Shown in pieces: positions 1 to 14,990 of a DNA stretch of 64,000 nt. The notes under the pieces were generated by a model. The model made no database searches and was not told where the DNA came from. It saw only the letters and a list, made by a program, of their open reading frames with translations. The stretch is from Eledone cirrhosa (taxonomy: Eukaryota). A program made the translations under genes and the position numbers. The DNA lies in NCBI GenBank assembly GCA_964016885.1, contig OZ024743.1, positions 128,836,001 to 128,900,000 on the forward strand, in the 5' to 3' direction. Numbering within the stretch: the first letter of the stretch is position 1; every line of letters begins with the position of its first letter.

Positions 1-948
1 ACCAAGCACCAAACACCAAGCACCAAGCACCAAACAACAAGCACCAATCACCAAGCATCAAGCACCAAGCACCAAGCACCAAGCACCAAACACCAAGCAC
101 CAAGCACCAAGTACCAAACACCAAGCACCAAACACCAAGCACCAAACACCAAGCACCAAGCACCAAGTACCAAACACCAAGCACCAAACACCAAGCACCA
201 AACACCAAGCACCAAGCACCAAGCGCCAAACACCAAACACCAAGCACCAAGCACCAAACACCAAGCACCAAGCACCAAGCACCAAACACCAATCTCCAAA
301 CACCAATCACCAAAGACCAAAAACCAAGCACCAAACACCAGACACCAAGCACCAAGCACCAAACACCAAATACCAAGCACCAAGCACTAAACACCAAACA
401 CCAAGCTCCAAGCACCAAGCACCAAGCACCAAACACAAAACAGCGAACAGCAAACACCAAACACCAAACACCAAACACCAAGCACCAAGCACCAAGCACC
501 AAACACCAAGCACCAAGCACCAAGCACCAAACAACAATCACCAAGCACCAAGCACCAAACACCAAGCACCAAACACCAAACACCAAACACCAAGCACCAA
601 GCACCAAACACCAAGTACCAAGCACCAAGCACCAAACATCAAGCACCAAGCACCAAGCACCAAACACAAAGCACCAAGCACCAAGCACCAAACACCAAGT
701 ACCAAGCACCAAGCACCAAGAAACAAATACCAAACACCAAGCACCAAGCACCACACATCAAACACCAAACACCACACAGCAAACACCAAACACCAAATAG
801 CAAACACCAAGCAGCAAACACCAAACACCAAACAGCAAACACCAAACACCAAACACCAAGCACCAAGCACCAAATACCAAGCACCAAGCACCAAGCACCA
901 AGCACCAAGCATCAAACACCAAGCACCAAGCACCAAGCACCCAGCGCC

Positions 949-1172
949 AAACACCAAATATCAAACAGCAAACAGCAAACAGCAAACAACAAACACCAAA
1001 CACCAAACAGCAAACACCAAACACCAAACAGCAAAGACCAAACAGCAAACACCAAACCCCAAACACCAACCAGCAAACACCAAACACCAAACACCAAACA
1101 GCAAACGACAAAAATCAAAAACCAAACACCAAACGCCAAACAGCAAACGCCAAACACCAAACGCCAAACATC
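949..1172. repeat. AAACAGC-rich island: 32 consecutive units with no AAG-type unit
   Basis: 224 bp of AAACACC, AAACAGC, AAACGCC and AAACAAC units between CAGCGCC (ends 948) and the next AAGCACC (1173). Confidence 0.85.
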
Positions 1173-1239
1173 AAGCACCAAGCACCAAACACCAAACACC
1201 AAGCACCAAGCACCAAAAACCAAACACCAAGCACCAAGC

Positions 1240-4200
1240 ACAAGAACCAAGCACCAAACACCAAACATCAAGCACCAAGAACCAAACACCAAGCACCAAG
1301 CACCAAGCACCAAGCACCAAACACCAAGCACTAAGCAACAAGCACCAAACACCAAATACCAAGCACCAAACACCAAACACCAAGCACCAAGCACCAAACA
1401 CCAAACACCAAGCACCAAGCACCAAACACCAAGCACCAAGCACCAAGCACCAAACAACAAGAACCAAGCACCAAGCACCAAACACCAATCACCAAGCACC
1501 GAACACCAAACACCAAGCACCAAGCACAAAGCACCAAGCACTAAGCAGCAATCACCAAGCACCAAGCACCAAACACCAAGCACCAAGCACCAAGCACCAA
1601 AAACCAAGCACTAAGCACCAAACACCAAGCACCAAGCACCAGTCACCAAGCACCAAAGACCAAGCACCAAGCACCAAGTACCACACACCAAGCACCAAAG
1701 ACCAAAGACCAAGCACCAAGCACCAAATACCAAACACCAAGCATCAAGAACCAAGCAGCAAACACCAAGCACCAAGCACCAAACACCAAGCACCAAGCAC
1801 CAAACACCAAGCACCAAACACGAAGCACCAAGCACCTAGCACCAAGCACCAAAAACCAAGCACCAAGCACCAAGCACCAAACACCAAGCACCAAACACCA
1901 AACACCAAGCACCAAGCACCAAACACCAAGCACCAAGCGACAAACACCAAAGACCAAGTACCAGGCACCAAACACCAGACACCAAGCACTAAGAACCAAA
2001 CACCAGATACCAAGCACAAAGCACTAAACACCAAACACCAAGTACCAGGCACCAATCACCAAACACCAAGCACCAAGCACGAAGCACCAAACACCAAACA
2101 CCAAACACCAAACACCAAACACCAAAAACCAAGCACCAAGCACCAAGCACCAAACACCGCGCGTCAAGCACCAAACACCAAACACCAAGCACCAAGCACA
2201 AATCACCAAGCACCAAACACCAAACACCAAGCACCAAACACCAAACACCAATCACCAAGCCCCAAACACCAAACACCAAGCACCAACCACCAAACACCAA
2301 ACACCAAGCGCCAAGCACCAAGCACCAAGCACCAAACACCAAGCACCAAGCACCAAACAACAAGCACCAATCACCAAGCATCAAGCACCAAGCACCAAGC
2401 ACCAAGCACCAAACACCAAGCACCAAGCACCAAGTACCAAACACCAAGCACCAAACACCAAGCACCAAACACCAAGCACCAAGCACCAAGTACCAAACAC
2501 CAAGCACCAAACACCAAGCACCAAACACCAAGCACCAAGCACCAAGCGCCAAACACCAAACACCAAGCACCAAGCACCAAACACCAAGCACCAAGCACCA
2601 AGCACCAAACACCAATCTCCAAACACCAATCACCAAAGACCAAGAACCAAGCACCAAACACCAGCACCAAGCACCAAGCACCAAACACCAAATACCAAGC
2701 ACCAAGCACTAAACACCAAACACCAAGCTCCAAGCACCAAGCACCAAGCACCAAACACAAAACAGCGAACAGCAAACACCAAACACCAAACACCAAACAC
2801 CAAGCACCAAGCACCAAGCACCAAACACCAAGCACCAAGCACCAAGCACCAAACAACAATCACCAAGCACCAAGCACCAAACACCAAGCACCAAACACCA
2901 AACACCAAACACCAAGCACCAAGCACCAAACACCAAGTACCAAGCACCAAGCACCAAACATCAAGCACCAAGCACCAAGCACCAAACACAAAGCACCAAG
3001 CACCAAGCACCAAACACCAAGTACCAAGCACCAAGCACCAAGAAACAAATACCAAACACCAAGCACCAAGCACCACACATCAAACACCAAACACCACACA
3101 GCAAACACCAAACACCAAATAGCAAACACCAAGCAGCAAACACCAAACACCAAACAGCAAACACCAAACACCAAACACCAAGCACCAAGCACCAAATACC
3201 AAGCACCAAGCACCAAGCACCAAGCACCAAGCATCAAACACCAAGCACCAAGCACCAAGCACCCAGCGCCAAACACCAAACATCAAACAGCAAACAGCAA
3301 ACAGCAAACAACAAACACCAAACACCAAACAGCAAACACCAAACACCAAACAGCAAAGACCAAACAGCAAACACCAAACCCCAAACACCAACCAGCAAAC
3401 ACCAAACACCAAACACCAAACAGCAAACGACAAAAATCAAAAACCAAACACCAAACGCCAAACAGCAAACGCCAAACACCAAACGCCAAACATCAAGCAC
3501 CAAGCACCAAACACCAAACACCAAGCACCAAGCACCAAAAACCAAACACCAAGCACCAAGCACTAAACACCAAACACCAAGCACCAAGCACCAAGCACCA
3601 AACACCAAGTACCAAGCACCAAGCACCAAGCACCAAACACCAAGCACCAAGCACCAAGCACCAAACAACAAGCACCAAGCACCAAACACCAAACACCAAG
3701 CACCAAGCACCAAACACCAAAAACCAATCACCAAGCACCAAACACCAAACACCAAGCACCAAGCACCAAACACCAAACACGAAGCACCAGGCACCAAACA
3801 CCAAACACCAAATACCAAGCACCAAGCACCAAACCCCAATCACCAAACACCAACCACCAAACACCAAACACCAAACACCAAGCACCAAGCACCAAACACC
3901 AAGCACCAAGCACCAAGCACCAAACAACAATCACCAAGCACCAAGCACCAAACACCAAGCACCAAACACCAAACACCAAACACCAAGCACCAAGCACCAA
4001 ACACCAAGTACCAAGCACCAAGCACCAAACATCAAGCACCAAGCACCAAGCACCAAACACAAAGCACCAAGCACCAAGCACCAAACACCAAGCACCAAGC
4101 ACCAAGTACCAAGCACCAAGCATCAAGCACCAAACACCAAGCACCAAGCACCAAGTACCAAATACCAAACACCAAGCACCAAGCACCACACATCAAACAC

Positions 4201-7200
4201 CAAACACCACACACCAAACACCAAACAGCAAACACCAAACAGCAAACACCAAACACCAAATAGCAAAGACCAAACAGCAAACACCAAACACCAAACAGCA
4301 AACACCAAACACCAAACACCAAGCACCAAGCACCAAGCACCAAGCACAAAACATCAAGCACCAAGCACCAAGAACCAAGCACCAAGCACCAAACAGCAAA
4401 TACCAAGCACCAAACAGCAAACACAAGAACCAAGCACCAAACACCAAACACCACGCACCAAGAACCAAACACCAAGCACCAAGCACCAAGCACCAAGCAC
4501 CAAACACCAAGCACTAAGCAACAAGCACCAAACACCAAATACCAAGCACCAAACACCAAACACCAAGCACCAAGCACCAAACACCAAACACCAAGCACCA
4601 AGCACCAAACACCAAGCACCAAGCACCAAGCACCAAACAACAAGAACCAAGCACCAAGCACCAAACACCAATCACCAAGCACCGAACACCAAACACCAAG
4701 CACCAAGCACAAAGCACCAAGCACTAAGCAGTAATCACCAAGCACCAAGCACCAAATACCAAGCACCAAGCACCAAGCACCAAAAACCAAGCACTAAGCA
4801 CCAAACACCAAGCACCAAGCACCAGTCACCAAGCACCAAAGACCAAGCACCAAGCACCAAGTACCACACACCAAGCACCAAAGACCAAAGACCAAGCACC
4901 AAGCACCAAATACCAAACACCAAGCATCAAGAACCAAGCAGCAAACACCAAGCACCAAGCACCAAACACCAAGCACCAAGCACCAAACACCAAGCACCAA
5001 ACACGAAGCACCAAGCACCTAGCACCAAGCACCAAAAACCAAGCACCAAGCACCAAGCACCAAACACCAAGCACCAAACACCAAACACCAAGCACCAAGC
5101 ACCAAACACCAAGCACCAAGCGACAAACACCAACGACCAAGTACCAGGCACCAAACACCAGACACCAAGCACTAAGAACCAAACACCAGATACCAAGCAC
5201 AAAGTACTAAACACCAAACACCAAGTACCAGGCACCAATCACCAAACACCAAGCACCAAGCACGAAGCACCAAACACCAAACACCAAACACCAAACAGCA
5301 AACACCAAACACCAAACACCAAACACCAAAAACCAAGCACCAAGCACCAAGCACCAAACACCGCGCGTCAAGCACCAAACACCAAACACCAAGCACCAAG
5401 CACAAAGCACCAAGCACCAAACACCAAACACCAAGCACCAAACACCAAACACCAATCACCAAGCCCCAAACACCAAACACCAAGCACCAACCACCAAACA
5501 CCAAACACCAAGCACCAAGCACCAAGCACCAAGCACCAAACACCAAGCACCAAGCACCAAACAACAAGCAGCAATCACCAAGCATCAAGCACCAAGCACC
5601 AAGCACCAAGCACCAAACACCAAGCACCAAACACCAAGCACCAAGCACCAAGCACGAAGCACCAAAAACCAAGCACCAAGCTCGAAGCACCAAACACCAA
5701 GCACCAAACACCAAACACCAAGCACCAACCATCAAACACCAAGCACCAAGCGCCAAACACCAAACACCAAGCACCAAGCACCAAACACCAAGCACCAAGC
5801 ACCAAGCACCAAACACCAATCTCCAAACACCAATCACCAAAGACCAAGAACCAAGCACCAAACACCAGACACCAAGCACCAAGCACCAAACACCAAATAC
5901 CAAGCACCAAGCACTAAACACCAAACACCAAGCTCCAAGCACCAAGCACCAAGCACCAAACACAAAACAGCAAACAGCAAACACCAAACACCAAACACCA
6001 AACACCAAGCACCAAGCACCAAGCACCAAACACCAAGCACCAAGCACCAAACACCACACACCAAGCACCAAGCACCAAACACCAAACACCAAGCACCAAA
6101 CACCAAACACCAAAAACCAAGCACCAAACACCAAACACCAAGCACCAAGAACCAAACACCGAGCACCAAGCACCAAGCACCAAACACCAACCAGCAAGCA
6201 ACAACCACCAAACCCAAGCACCAAGCACCAAACACCAAACAGCAAGCACCAAGCACCAAGAACCAAACACCAGGCACCAAGCTCCAAACACCAAGCACCA
6301 AGCACCAAGCACCAAGCACCAAACACCAAACACCAAACACCAAGCACCAAGCACCAACGACCAAGTACCAAGCACCAAGCACCAAACACCAAGCACCAAG
6401 CACTAAACACCAAACACCTAGCACCAAGCACCAAACACCAAGCACGAAGCACCAAGCACCAAACACCAAGTACCAAGCACCAAGCACGAAGAAACAAATA
6501 CCAAACACCAAGCACCAAGCACCAAACACCAAGTACCAACCACCAAGCACCAAACATCAAGCACCAAGCACCAAGCACCAAACACAAAGCACCAAGCACC
6601 AAGCACCAAACACCTAGCACCAAGCACCAAACACCAAGCACCAAGCACCAAGCACCAAACACCAAGCACCAAGCACCACACATCAAACACCAAACACCAC
6701 ACACCAAACACCAAACAGCAAACACCAAACAGCAAACACCAAACACCAAACAGCAAACACCAAACACCAAACACCAAGCACCAAGCACCAAGCACCAAGC
6801 ACAAAACATCAAGCACCAAGCACCAAGAACCAAGCACCAAGCACCAAACACCAAACACCAAGCACCAAACACCAAACACAAGAACCAAGCACCAAACACC
6901 AAACACCAAGCACCAAGAACCAAACACCAAGCACCAAGCACCAAGCACCAAGCACCAAACACCAAGCACCAAGCAACAAGCACCAAACACCAAATACCAA
7001 GCACCAAACACCAAACACCAAGCACCAAGCACCAAACACCAAACACCAAGCACCAATCACCAAACACCAAGCACCAAGCACCAAGCACCAAACAGCAAGA
7101 ACCAAGCACCAAGCACCAAACACCAAGCACCACGCACCAAGCACCAAACACCAAACACCAAACCTCAAGAACCAAGCACCAAACACCAAGCACCAAGCAC

Positions 7201-10200
7201 CAAACACCAAACACCAAGCACCAAACACCAAACACAAGAACCAAGCACCAAACACCAAACACCAAGCACCAAGAACCAAACACCAAGCACCAAGCACCAA
7301 GCACCAAGCACCAAACACCAAGCACTAAGCAACAAGCACCAAACACCAAATACCAAGCACCAAACACCAAACACCAAGCACCAAGCACCAAACACCAAAC
7401 ACCAAGCACCAAGCACCAAACACCAAGCACCAAGCACCAAGCACCAAACAACAAGAACCAAGCACCAAGCACCAAACACCAATCACCAAGCACCGAACAC
7501 CAAACACCAAGCACCAAGCACAAAGCACCAAGCACTAAGCAGCAATCACCAAGCACCAAGCACCAAACACCAAGCACCAAGCACCAAGCACCAAAAACCA
7601 AGCACTAAGCACCAAACACCAAGCACCAAGCACCAGTCACCAAGCACCAAAGACCAAGCACCAAGCACCAAGTACCACACACCAAGCACCAAAGACCAAA
7701 GACCAAGCACCAAGCACCAAATACCAAACACCAAGCATCAAGAACCAAGCAGCAAACACCAAGCACCAAGCACCAAACACCAAGCACCAAGCACCAAACA
7801 CCAAGCACCAAACACGAAGCACCAAGCACCTAGCACCAAGCACCAAAAACCAAGCACCAAGCACCAAGCACCAAACACCAAGCACCAAACACCAAACACC
7901 AAGCACCAAGCACCAAACAACAAGCACCAAGCGACAAACACCAAAGACCAAGTACCAGGCACCAAACACCAGACACCAAGCACTAAGAACCAAACACCAG
8001 ATACCAAGCACAAAGCACTAAACACCAAACACCAAGTACCAGGCACCAATCACCAAACACCAAGCACCAAGCACGAAGCACCAAACACCAAACACCAAAC
8101 ACCAAACAGCAAACACCAAACACCAAACACCAAACACCAAAAACCAAGCACCAAGCACCAAGCACCAAACACCGCGCGTCAAGCACCAAACACCAAACAC
8201 CAAGCACCAAGCACAAAGCACCAAGCACCAAACACCAAACACCAAGCACCAAACACCAAACACCAATCACCAAGCCCCAAACACCAAACACCAAGCACCA
8301 ACCACCAAACACCAAACACCAAACACCAAGCACCAAGCACCAAGTACCAAACACCAAGCACCAAACACCAAGCACCAAACACCAAGCACCAAGCACCAAG
8401 TACCAAACACCAAGCACCAAACACCAAGCACCAAACACCAAGCACCAAGCACCAAGCGCCAAACACCAAACACCAAGCACCAAGCACCAAACACCAAGCA
8501 CCAAGCACCAAGCACCAAACACCAATCTCCAAACACCAATCACCAAAGACCAAGAACCAAGCACCAAACACCAGACACCAAGCACCAAGCACCAAACACC
8601 AAATACCAAGCACCAAGCACTAAACACCAAACACCAAGCTCCAAGCACCAAGCACCAAGCACCAAACACAAAACAGCGAACAGCAAACACCAAACACCAA
8701 ACACCAAGCACCAAGCACCAAGCACCAACCACCAAACACCAAGCACCAAGCACCAAACACCAAACACCAAGCACCAAGCACCAAACACCAAACAACAAGC
8801 ACCAAACACCAAACACCAAAAACCAAGCACCAAACACCAAACACCAAGCACCAAGAACCAAACACCGAGCACCAAGCACCAAGCACCAAACACCAACCAG
8901 CAAGCAACAACCACCAAACCCAAGCACCAAGCACCAAACACCAAACAGCAAGCACCAAGCACCAAGAACCAAACACCAGGCACCAAGCTCCAAACACCAA
9001 GCACCAAGCACCAAGCACCAAGCACCAAACACCAAACACCAAACACCAAGCACCAAGCACCAACGACCAAGTACCAAGCACCAAGCACCAAACACCAAGC
9101 ACCAAGCACTAAACACCAAACACCTAGCACCAAGCACCAAACACCAAGCACGAAGCACCAAGCACCAAACACCAAGTACCAAGCACCAAGCACGAAGAAA
9201 CAAATACCAAACACCAAGCACCAAGCACCAAACACCAAGTACCAACCACCAAGCACCAAACATCAAGCACCAAGCACCAAGCACCAAACACAAAGCACCA
9301 AGCACCAAGCACCAAACACCTAGCACCAAGCACCAAACACCAAGCACCAAGCACCAAGCACCAAACACCAAGCACCAAGCACCACACATCAAACACCAAA
9401 CACTACACACCAAACACCAAACAGCAAACACCAAACAGCAAACACCAAACACCAAACAGCAAACACCAAACACCAAACACCAAGCACCAAGCACCAAGCA
9501 CCAAGCACAAAACATCAAGCACCAAGCACCAAGAACCAAGCACCAAGCACCAAACACCAAACACCAAGCACCAAACACCAAACACAAGAACCAAGCACCA
9601 AACACCAAACACCAAGCACCAAGAACCAAACACCAAGCACCAAGCACCAAGCACCAAGCACCAAACACCAAGCACCAAGCAACAAGCACCAAACACCAAA
9701 TACCAAGCACCAAACACCAAACACCAAGCACCAAGCACCAAACACCAAACACCAAGCACCAATCACCAAACACCAAGCACCAAGCACCAAGCACCAAACA
9801 GCAAGAACCAAGCACCAAGCACCAAACACCAAGCACCACGCACCAAGCACCAAACACCAAACACCAAACCTCAAGAACCAAGCACCAAACACCAAGCACC
9901 AAGCACCAAACACCAAACACCAAGCACCAAACACCAAACACAAGAACCAAGCACCAAACACCAAACACCAAGCACCAAGCACAAAGCACCAAGCACTAAG
10001 CAGCAAGCACCAAGCACCAAGCACCAAACACCAAGCACCAAGCACCAAGCACCCAACACCAAGCACTAAGCACCAAACACCAAGCACCAAGAACCAATCA
10101 CCAAGCACCAAAGACCAACCACCAAGCACCAAGTACCACACACCAAGCACCAAAGACCAAACACCAAGCACCAAGCACCAAACACCAAGCACCAAGCACC

Positions 10201-12900
10201 AAGCACCAAACACCAAACACCAAGCATCAAGGACCAAGCACCAAACACCAAGCACCAAGCACCAAACACCAAGCACCAAGCACCAAGCACCAAAGACCAA
10301 GTACCAAGCACCAAGCACCAAACACCAAGCACCAAGCACTAAACACCAAACACCTAGCACCAAGCACCAAACACCAAGCACCAAGCACCAAGCACCAAAC
10401 ACCAAGTACCAAGCACCAAGCACCAAGAAACAAATACCAAACACAAAGCACCAAGCACCAAACACCAAGTACCAATCACCAAGCACCAAACATCAAGCAC
10501 CAAGCACCAAGCACCAAACACCAAGCACCAAGCACCAAGCACCAAACACCTAGCACCAAGCACCAAACACCAAGCACGAAGGACCAAGCACCAAACACCA
10601 AGCACCAAGCACCAAGCACCAAATACCAAACACCAAGCACCAAGCACCACACATCAAACACCAAACACCACACACCAAACACCAAACAGCAAACACCAAA
10701 CAGCAAACACCAAACACCAAACAGCAAACACCAAACACCAAACACCAAGCACCAAGCACCTAGCACCAAGCACCAAAAACCAAGCACCAAGCACCAAGCA
10801 CCAAACACCAAGCACCAAACACCAGGCACCAAGCGACAAACACCAAAGACCAAGTACCAGGCACCAAACACCAGACACCAAGCACTAAGAACCAAACACC
10901 AGATACCAAGCACAAAGCACTAAACACCAAACACCAAGTACCAGGCACCAAGCACCAAACACCAAGCACCAAGCACGAAGCACCAAACACCAAACACCAA
11001 ACACCAAACAGCAAACACCAAACACCAAACACCAAACACCAAAAACCAAGCACCAAGCACCAAGCACCAAACACCGCGCGTCAAGCACCAAACACCAAAC
11101 ACCAAGCACCAAGCACAAAGCACCAAGCACCAAACACCAAACACCAAGCACCAAACACCAAACACCAATCACCAAGCCCCAAACACCAAACACCAAGCAC
11201 CAACCACCAAACACCAAACACCAAGCACCAAGCACCAAGCAGCAAGCACCAAACACCAAGCACCAAGCACCAAACAACAAGCACCAATCACCAAGCATCA
11301 AGCACCAAGCACCAAGCACCAAGCACCAAACACCAAGCACCAAGCACCAAGTACCAAACACCAAGCACCAAACACCAAGCACCAAACACCAAGCACCAAG
11401 CACCAAAAACCAAGCACCAAGCTCCAAGCACCAAACACCAAGCACCAAACACCAAACACCAAGCACCAACCATCAAACACCAAGCACCAAGCGCCAAACA
11501 CCAAACACCAAGCACCAAGCACCAAACACCAAGCACCAAGCACCAAGCACCAAACACCAATCTCCAAACACCAATCACCAAAGACCAAGAACCAAGCACC
11601 AAACACCAGACACCAAGCACCAAGCACCAAACACCAAATACCAAGCACCAAGCACTAAACACCAAACACCAAGCTCCAAGCACCAAGCACCAAGCACCAA
11701 ACACAAAACAGCAAACAGCAAACACCAAACACCAAACACCAAACACCAAGCACCAAGCACCAAGCACCAAACACCAAGCACCAAGCACCAAACACCAAAC
11801 ACCAAGCACCAAGCACCAAACACCAAACACCAAGCACCAAACACCAAACACCAAAAACCAAGCACCAAACACCAAACACCAAGCACCAAGAACCAAACAC
11901 CGAGCACCAAGCACCAAGCACCAAACACCAACCACCAAGCAACAACCACCAAACGCAAGCAACAAGCACCAAACACCAAACAGCAAGCACCAAGCACCAA
12001 GAACCAAACACCAGGCACCAAGCTCCAAACACCAAGCACCAAGCACCAAGCACCAAGCACCAAACACCAAACACCAAACACCAAGCACCAAGCACCAAAG
12101 ACCAAGTACCAAGCACCAAGCACCAAACACCAAGCACCAAGCACTAAACACCAAACACCTAGCACCAAGCACCAAACACCAAGCACGAAGCACCAAGCAC
12201 CAAACACCAAGTACCAAGCACCAAGCACGAAGAAACAAATACCAAACACCAAGCACCAAGCACCAAACACCAAGTACCAACCACCAAGCACCAAACATCA
12301 AGCACCAAGCACCAAGCACCAAACACAAAGCACCAAGCACCAAGCACCAAACACCTAGCACCAAGCACCAAACACCAAGCACCAAGCACCAAGCACCAAA
12401 CACCTAGCACCAAGCACCAAACACCACACACCAAACACCAAACAGCAAACACCAAACAGCAAACACCAAACACCAAACAGCAAACACCAAACACCAAACA
12501 CCAAGCACCAAGCACCAAGCACCAAGCACAAAACATCAAGCACCAAGCACCAAGAACCAAGCACCAAGCACCAAACACCAAACACCAAGCACCAAACACC
12601 AAACACAAGAACCAAGCACCAAACACCAAACACCAAGCACCAAGAACCAAACACCAAGCACCAAGCACCAAGCACCAAGCACCAAACACCAAGCACCAAG
12701 CAACAAGCACCAAACACCAAATACCAAGCACCAAACACCAAACACCAAGCACCAAGCACCAAACACCAAACACCAAGCACCAATCACCAAACACCAAGCA
12801 CCAAGCACCAAGCACCAAGCACCAAACAGCAAGAACCAAGCACCAAGCACCAAACACCAAGCACCACGCACCAAGCACCAAACACCAAACACCAAACCTC
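1240..12900. repeat. About 2.7-3.2 kb higher-order repeat, four imperfect copies (subfamily A1)
   Basis: AAGCGAC at 1935, 5118, 7929, 10831 (offsets 3183, 2811, 2902). GCGCGTC at 2159, 5363, 8174, 11076. Matching peptides 1331..1537/4514..4720/7325..7531 and 5834..6553/8540..9259/11575..12294. Confidence 0.85.
3271..3494. repeat. Second copy of the AAACAGC-rich island
   Basis: Matches 949-1172 at offset 2322, with AAACATC in place of AAATATC. Confidence 0.85.
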
Positions 12901-13116
12901 AAGAACCAAGCACCAAACACCAAGCACCAAGCACCAAACACCAAACACCAAGCACCAAACACCAAACACAAGAACCAAGCACCAAACACCAAACACCAAG
13001 CACCAAGCACAAAGCACCAAGCACTAAGCAGCAAGCACCAAGCACCAAGCACCAAACACCAAGCACCAAGCACCAAGCACCAAACACCAAGCACTAAGCA
13101 CCAAACACCAAGCACC

Positions 13117-14990
13117 AAGAACCAATCACCAAGCACCAAAGACCAAGCACAAAGCACCAAGTACCACACACCAAGCACCAAAGACCAAACACCAAGCACC
13201 AAGCACCAAACACCAAGCACCAAGCACCAAGCACCAAACACCAAACACCAAGCATCAACAACCAAGCACCAAACACCAAGCACCAAGCACCAAACACCAA
13301 GCACCAAGCACCAAGCACCAAAGACCAAGTACCAAGCACCAAGCACCAAACACCAAGCACCAAGCACTAAACACCAAACACCTAGCACCAAGCACCAAAC
13401 ACCAAGCACCAAGCACCAAGCACCAAACACCAAGTACCAAGCACCAAGCACCAAGAAACAAATACCAAACACAAAGCACCAAGCACCAAACACCAAGTAC
13501 CAATCACCAAGCACCAAACATCAAGCACCAAGCACCAAGCACCAAACACAAAGCACCAAGCACCAAGCACCAAACACCTAGCACCAAGCACCAAACACCA
13601 AGCACGAAGGACCAAGCACCAAACACCAAGCACCTAGCACCAAGCACCAAATACCAAACACCAAGCACCAAGCACCACACATCAAACACCAAACACCACA
13701 CACCAAACACCAAACAGCAAACACCAAACAGCAAACACCAAACACTAAACAGCAAACACCAAACACCAAACACCAAGCACCAAGAACCAAGCACCAAGCA
13801 CCAAACACCAAACACCAAGCACCAAACACCAAACACAAGAACCAAGCACCAAACACCAAACACCAAGCACCAAGAACCAAACACCAAGCACCAAGCACCA
13901 AGCACCAAACACCAAGCACCAAGCAACAAGCACCAAACACCAAATACCAAGCACCAAACACCAAACACCAAGCACCAAGCACCAAACACCAAACGCCAAG
14001 CACCAATCACCAAACACCAAGCACCAAGCACCAAGCACCAAACAACAAGAACCAATCACCAAGCACCAAAGACCAAGCACAAAGCACCAAGTACCACACA
14101 CCAAGCACCAAAGACCAAACACCAAGAACCAAGCACCAAACACCAAGCACCAAGCACCAAGCACCAAACACCAAACACCAAGCATCAACAACCAAGCACC
14201 AAACACCAAGCACCAAGCACCAAACACCAAGCACCAAGCACCAAGCACCAAAGACCAAGTACCAAGCACCAAGCACCAAACACCAAGCACCAAGCACTAA
14301 ACACCAAACACCTAGCACCAAGCACCAAACACCAAGCACCAAGCACCAAGCACCAAACACCAAGTACCAAGCACCAAGCACCAAGAAACAAATACCAAAC
14401 ACAAAGCACCAAGCACCAAACACCAAGTACCAATCACCAAGCACCAAACATCAAGCACCAAGCACCAAGCACCAAACACAAAGCACCAAGCACCAAGCAC
14501 CAAACACCTAGCACCAAGCACCAAACACCAAGCACGAAGGACCAAGCACCAAACACCAAGCACCTAGCACCAAGCACCAAATACCAAACACCAAGCACCA
14601 AGCACCACACATCAAACACCAAACACCACACACCAAACACCAAACAGCAAACACCAAACAGCAAACACCAAACACCAAACAGCAAACACCAAACACCAAA
14701 CACCAAGCACCAAGAACCAAGCACCAAGCACCAAACACCAAACACCAAGCACCAAACACCAAACACAAGAACCAAGCACCAAACACCAAACACCAAGCAC
14801 CAAGAACCAAACACCAAGCACCAAGCACCAAGCACCAAGCACCAAACACCAAGCACCAAGCAACAAGCACCAAACACCAAATACCAAGCACCAAACACCA
14901 AACACCAAGCACCAAGCTCCAAACACCAAACGCCAAGCACCAATCACCAAACACCAAGCACCAAGCACCAAGCACCAAACAACAAGAACC
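13117..14990. repeat. Tandem duplication of about 930-937 bp
   Basis: AAGCATC-AACAACC at 13250 and 14180. Identical peptides 13255..13503/14185..14433 and 13382..13633/14312..14563. AAACGCC-AAGCACC-AATCACC at 13991 and 14928. Junction at about 14047. Confidence 0.88.

Larger units (their letters stand above)
1..3560. repeat. Near-identical duplication: about 1-1238 repeated at about 2324-3560 (offset 2323, then 2322)
   Basis: Identical or near-identical ORF-track peptides: 58..306/2381..2629, 387..635/2709..2957, 538..957/2860..3279, 961..1167/3283..3489. The offset drops by 1 where CCAGACACC (about 338) reads CCAGCACC (about 2661). Confidence 0.9.

Noticed and set aside
2157-2166. CCGCGCGT and other short palindromic or motif-like variants (GTAC, AGCT, CATATA, ATGCAT) as regulatory sites
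   Set aside because: Each is one to four substitutions from the consensus unit and recurs only through block duplication; no adjacent gene supports a regulatory role.
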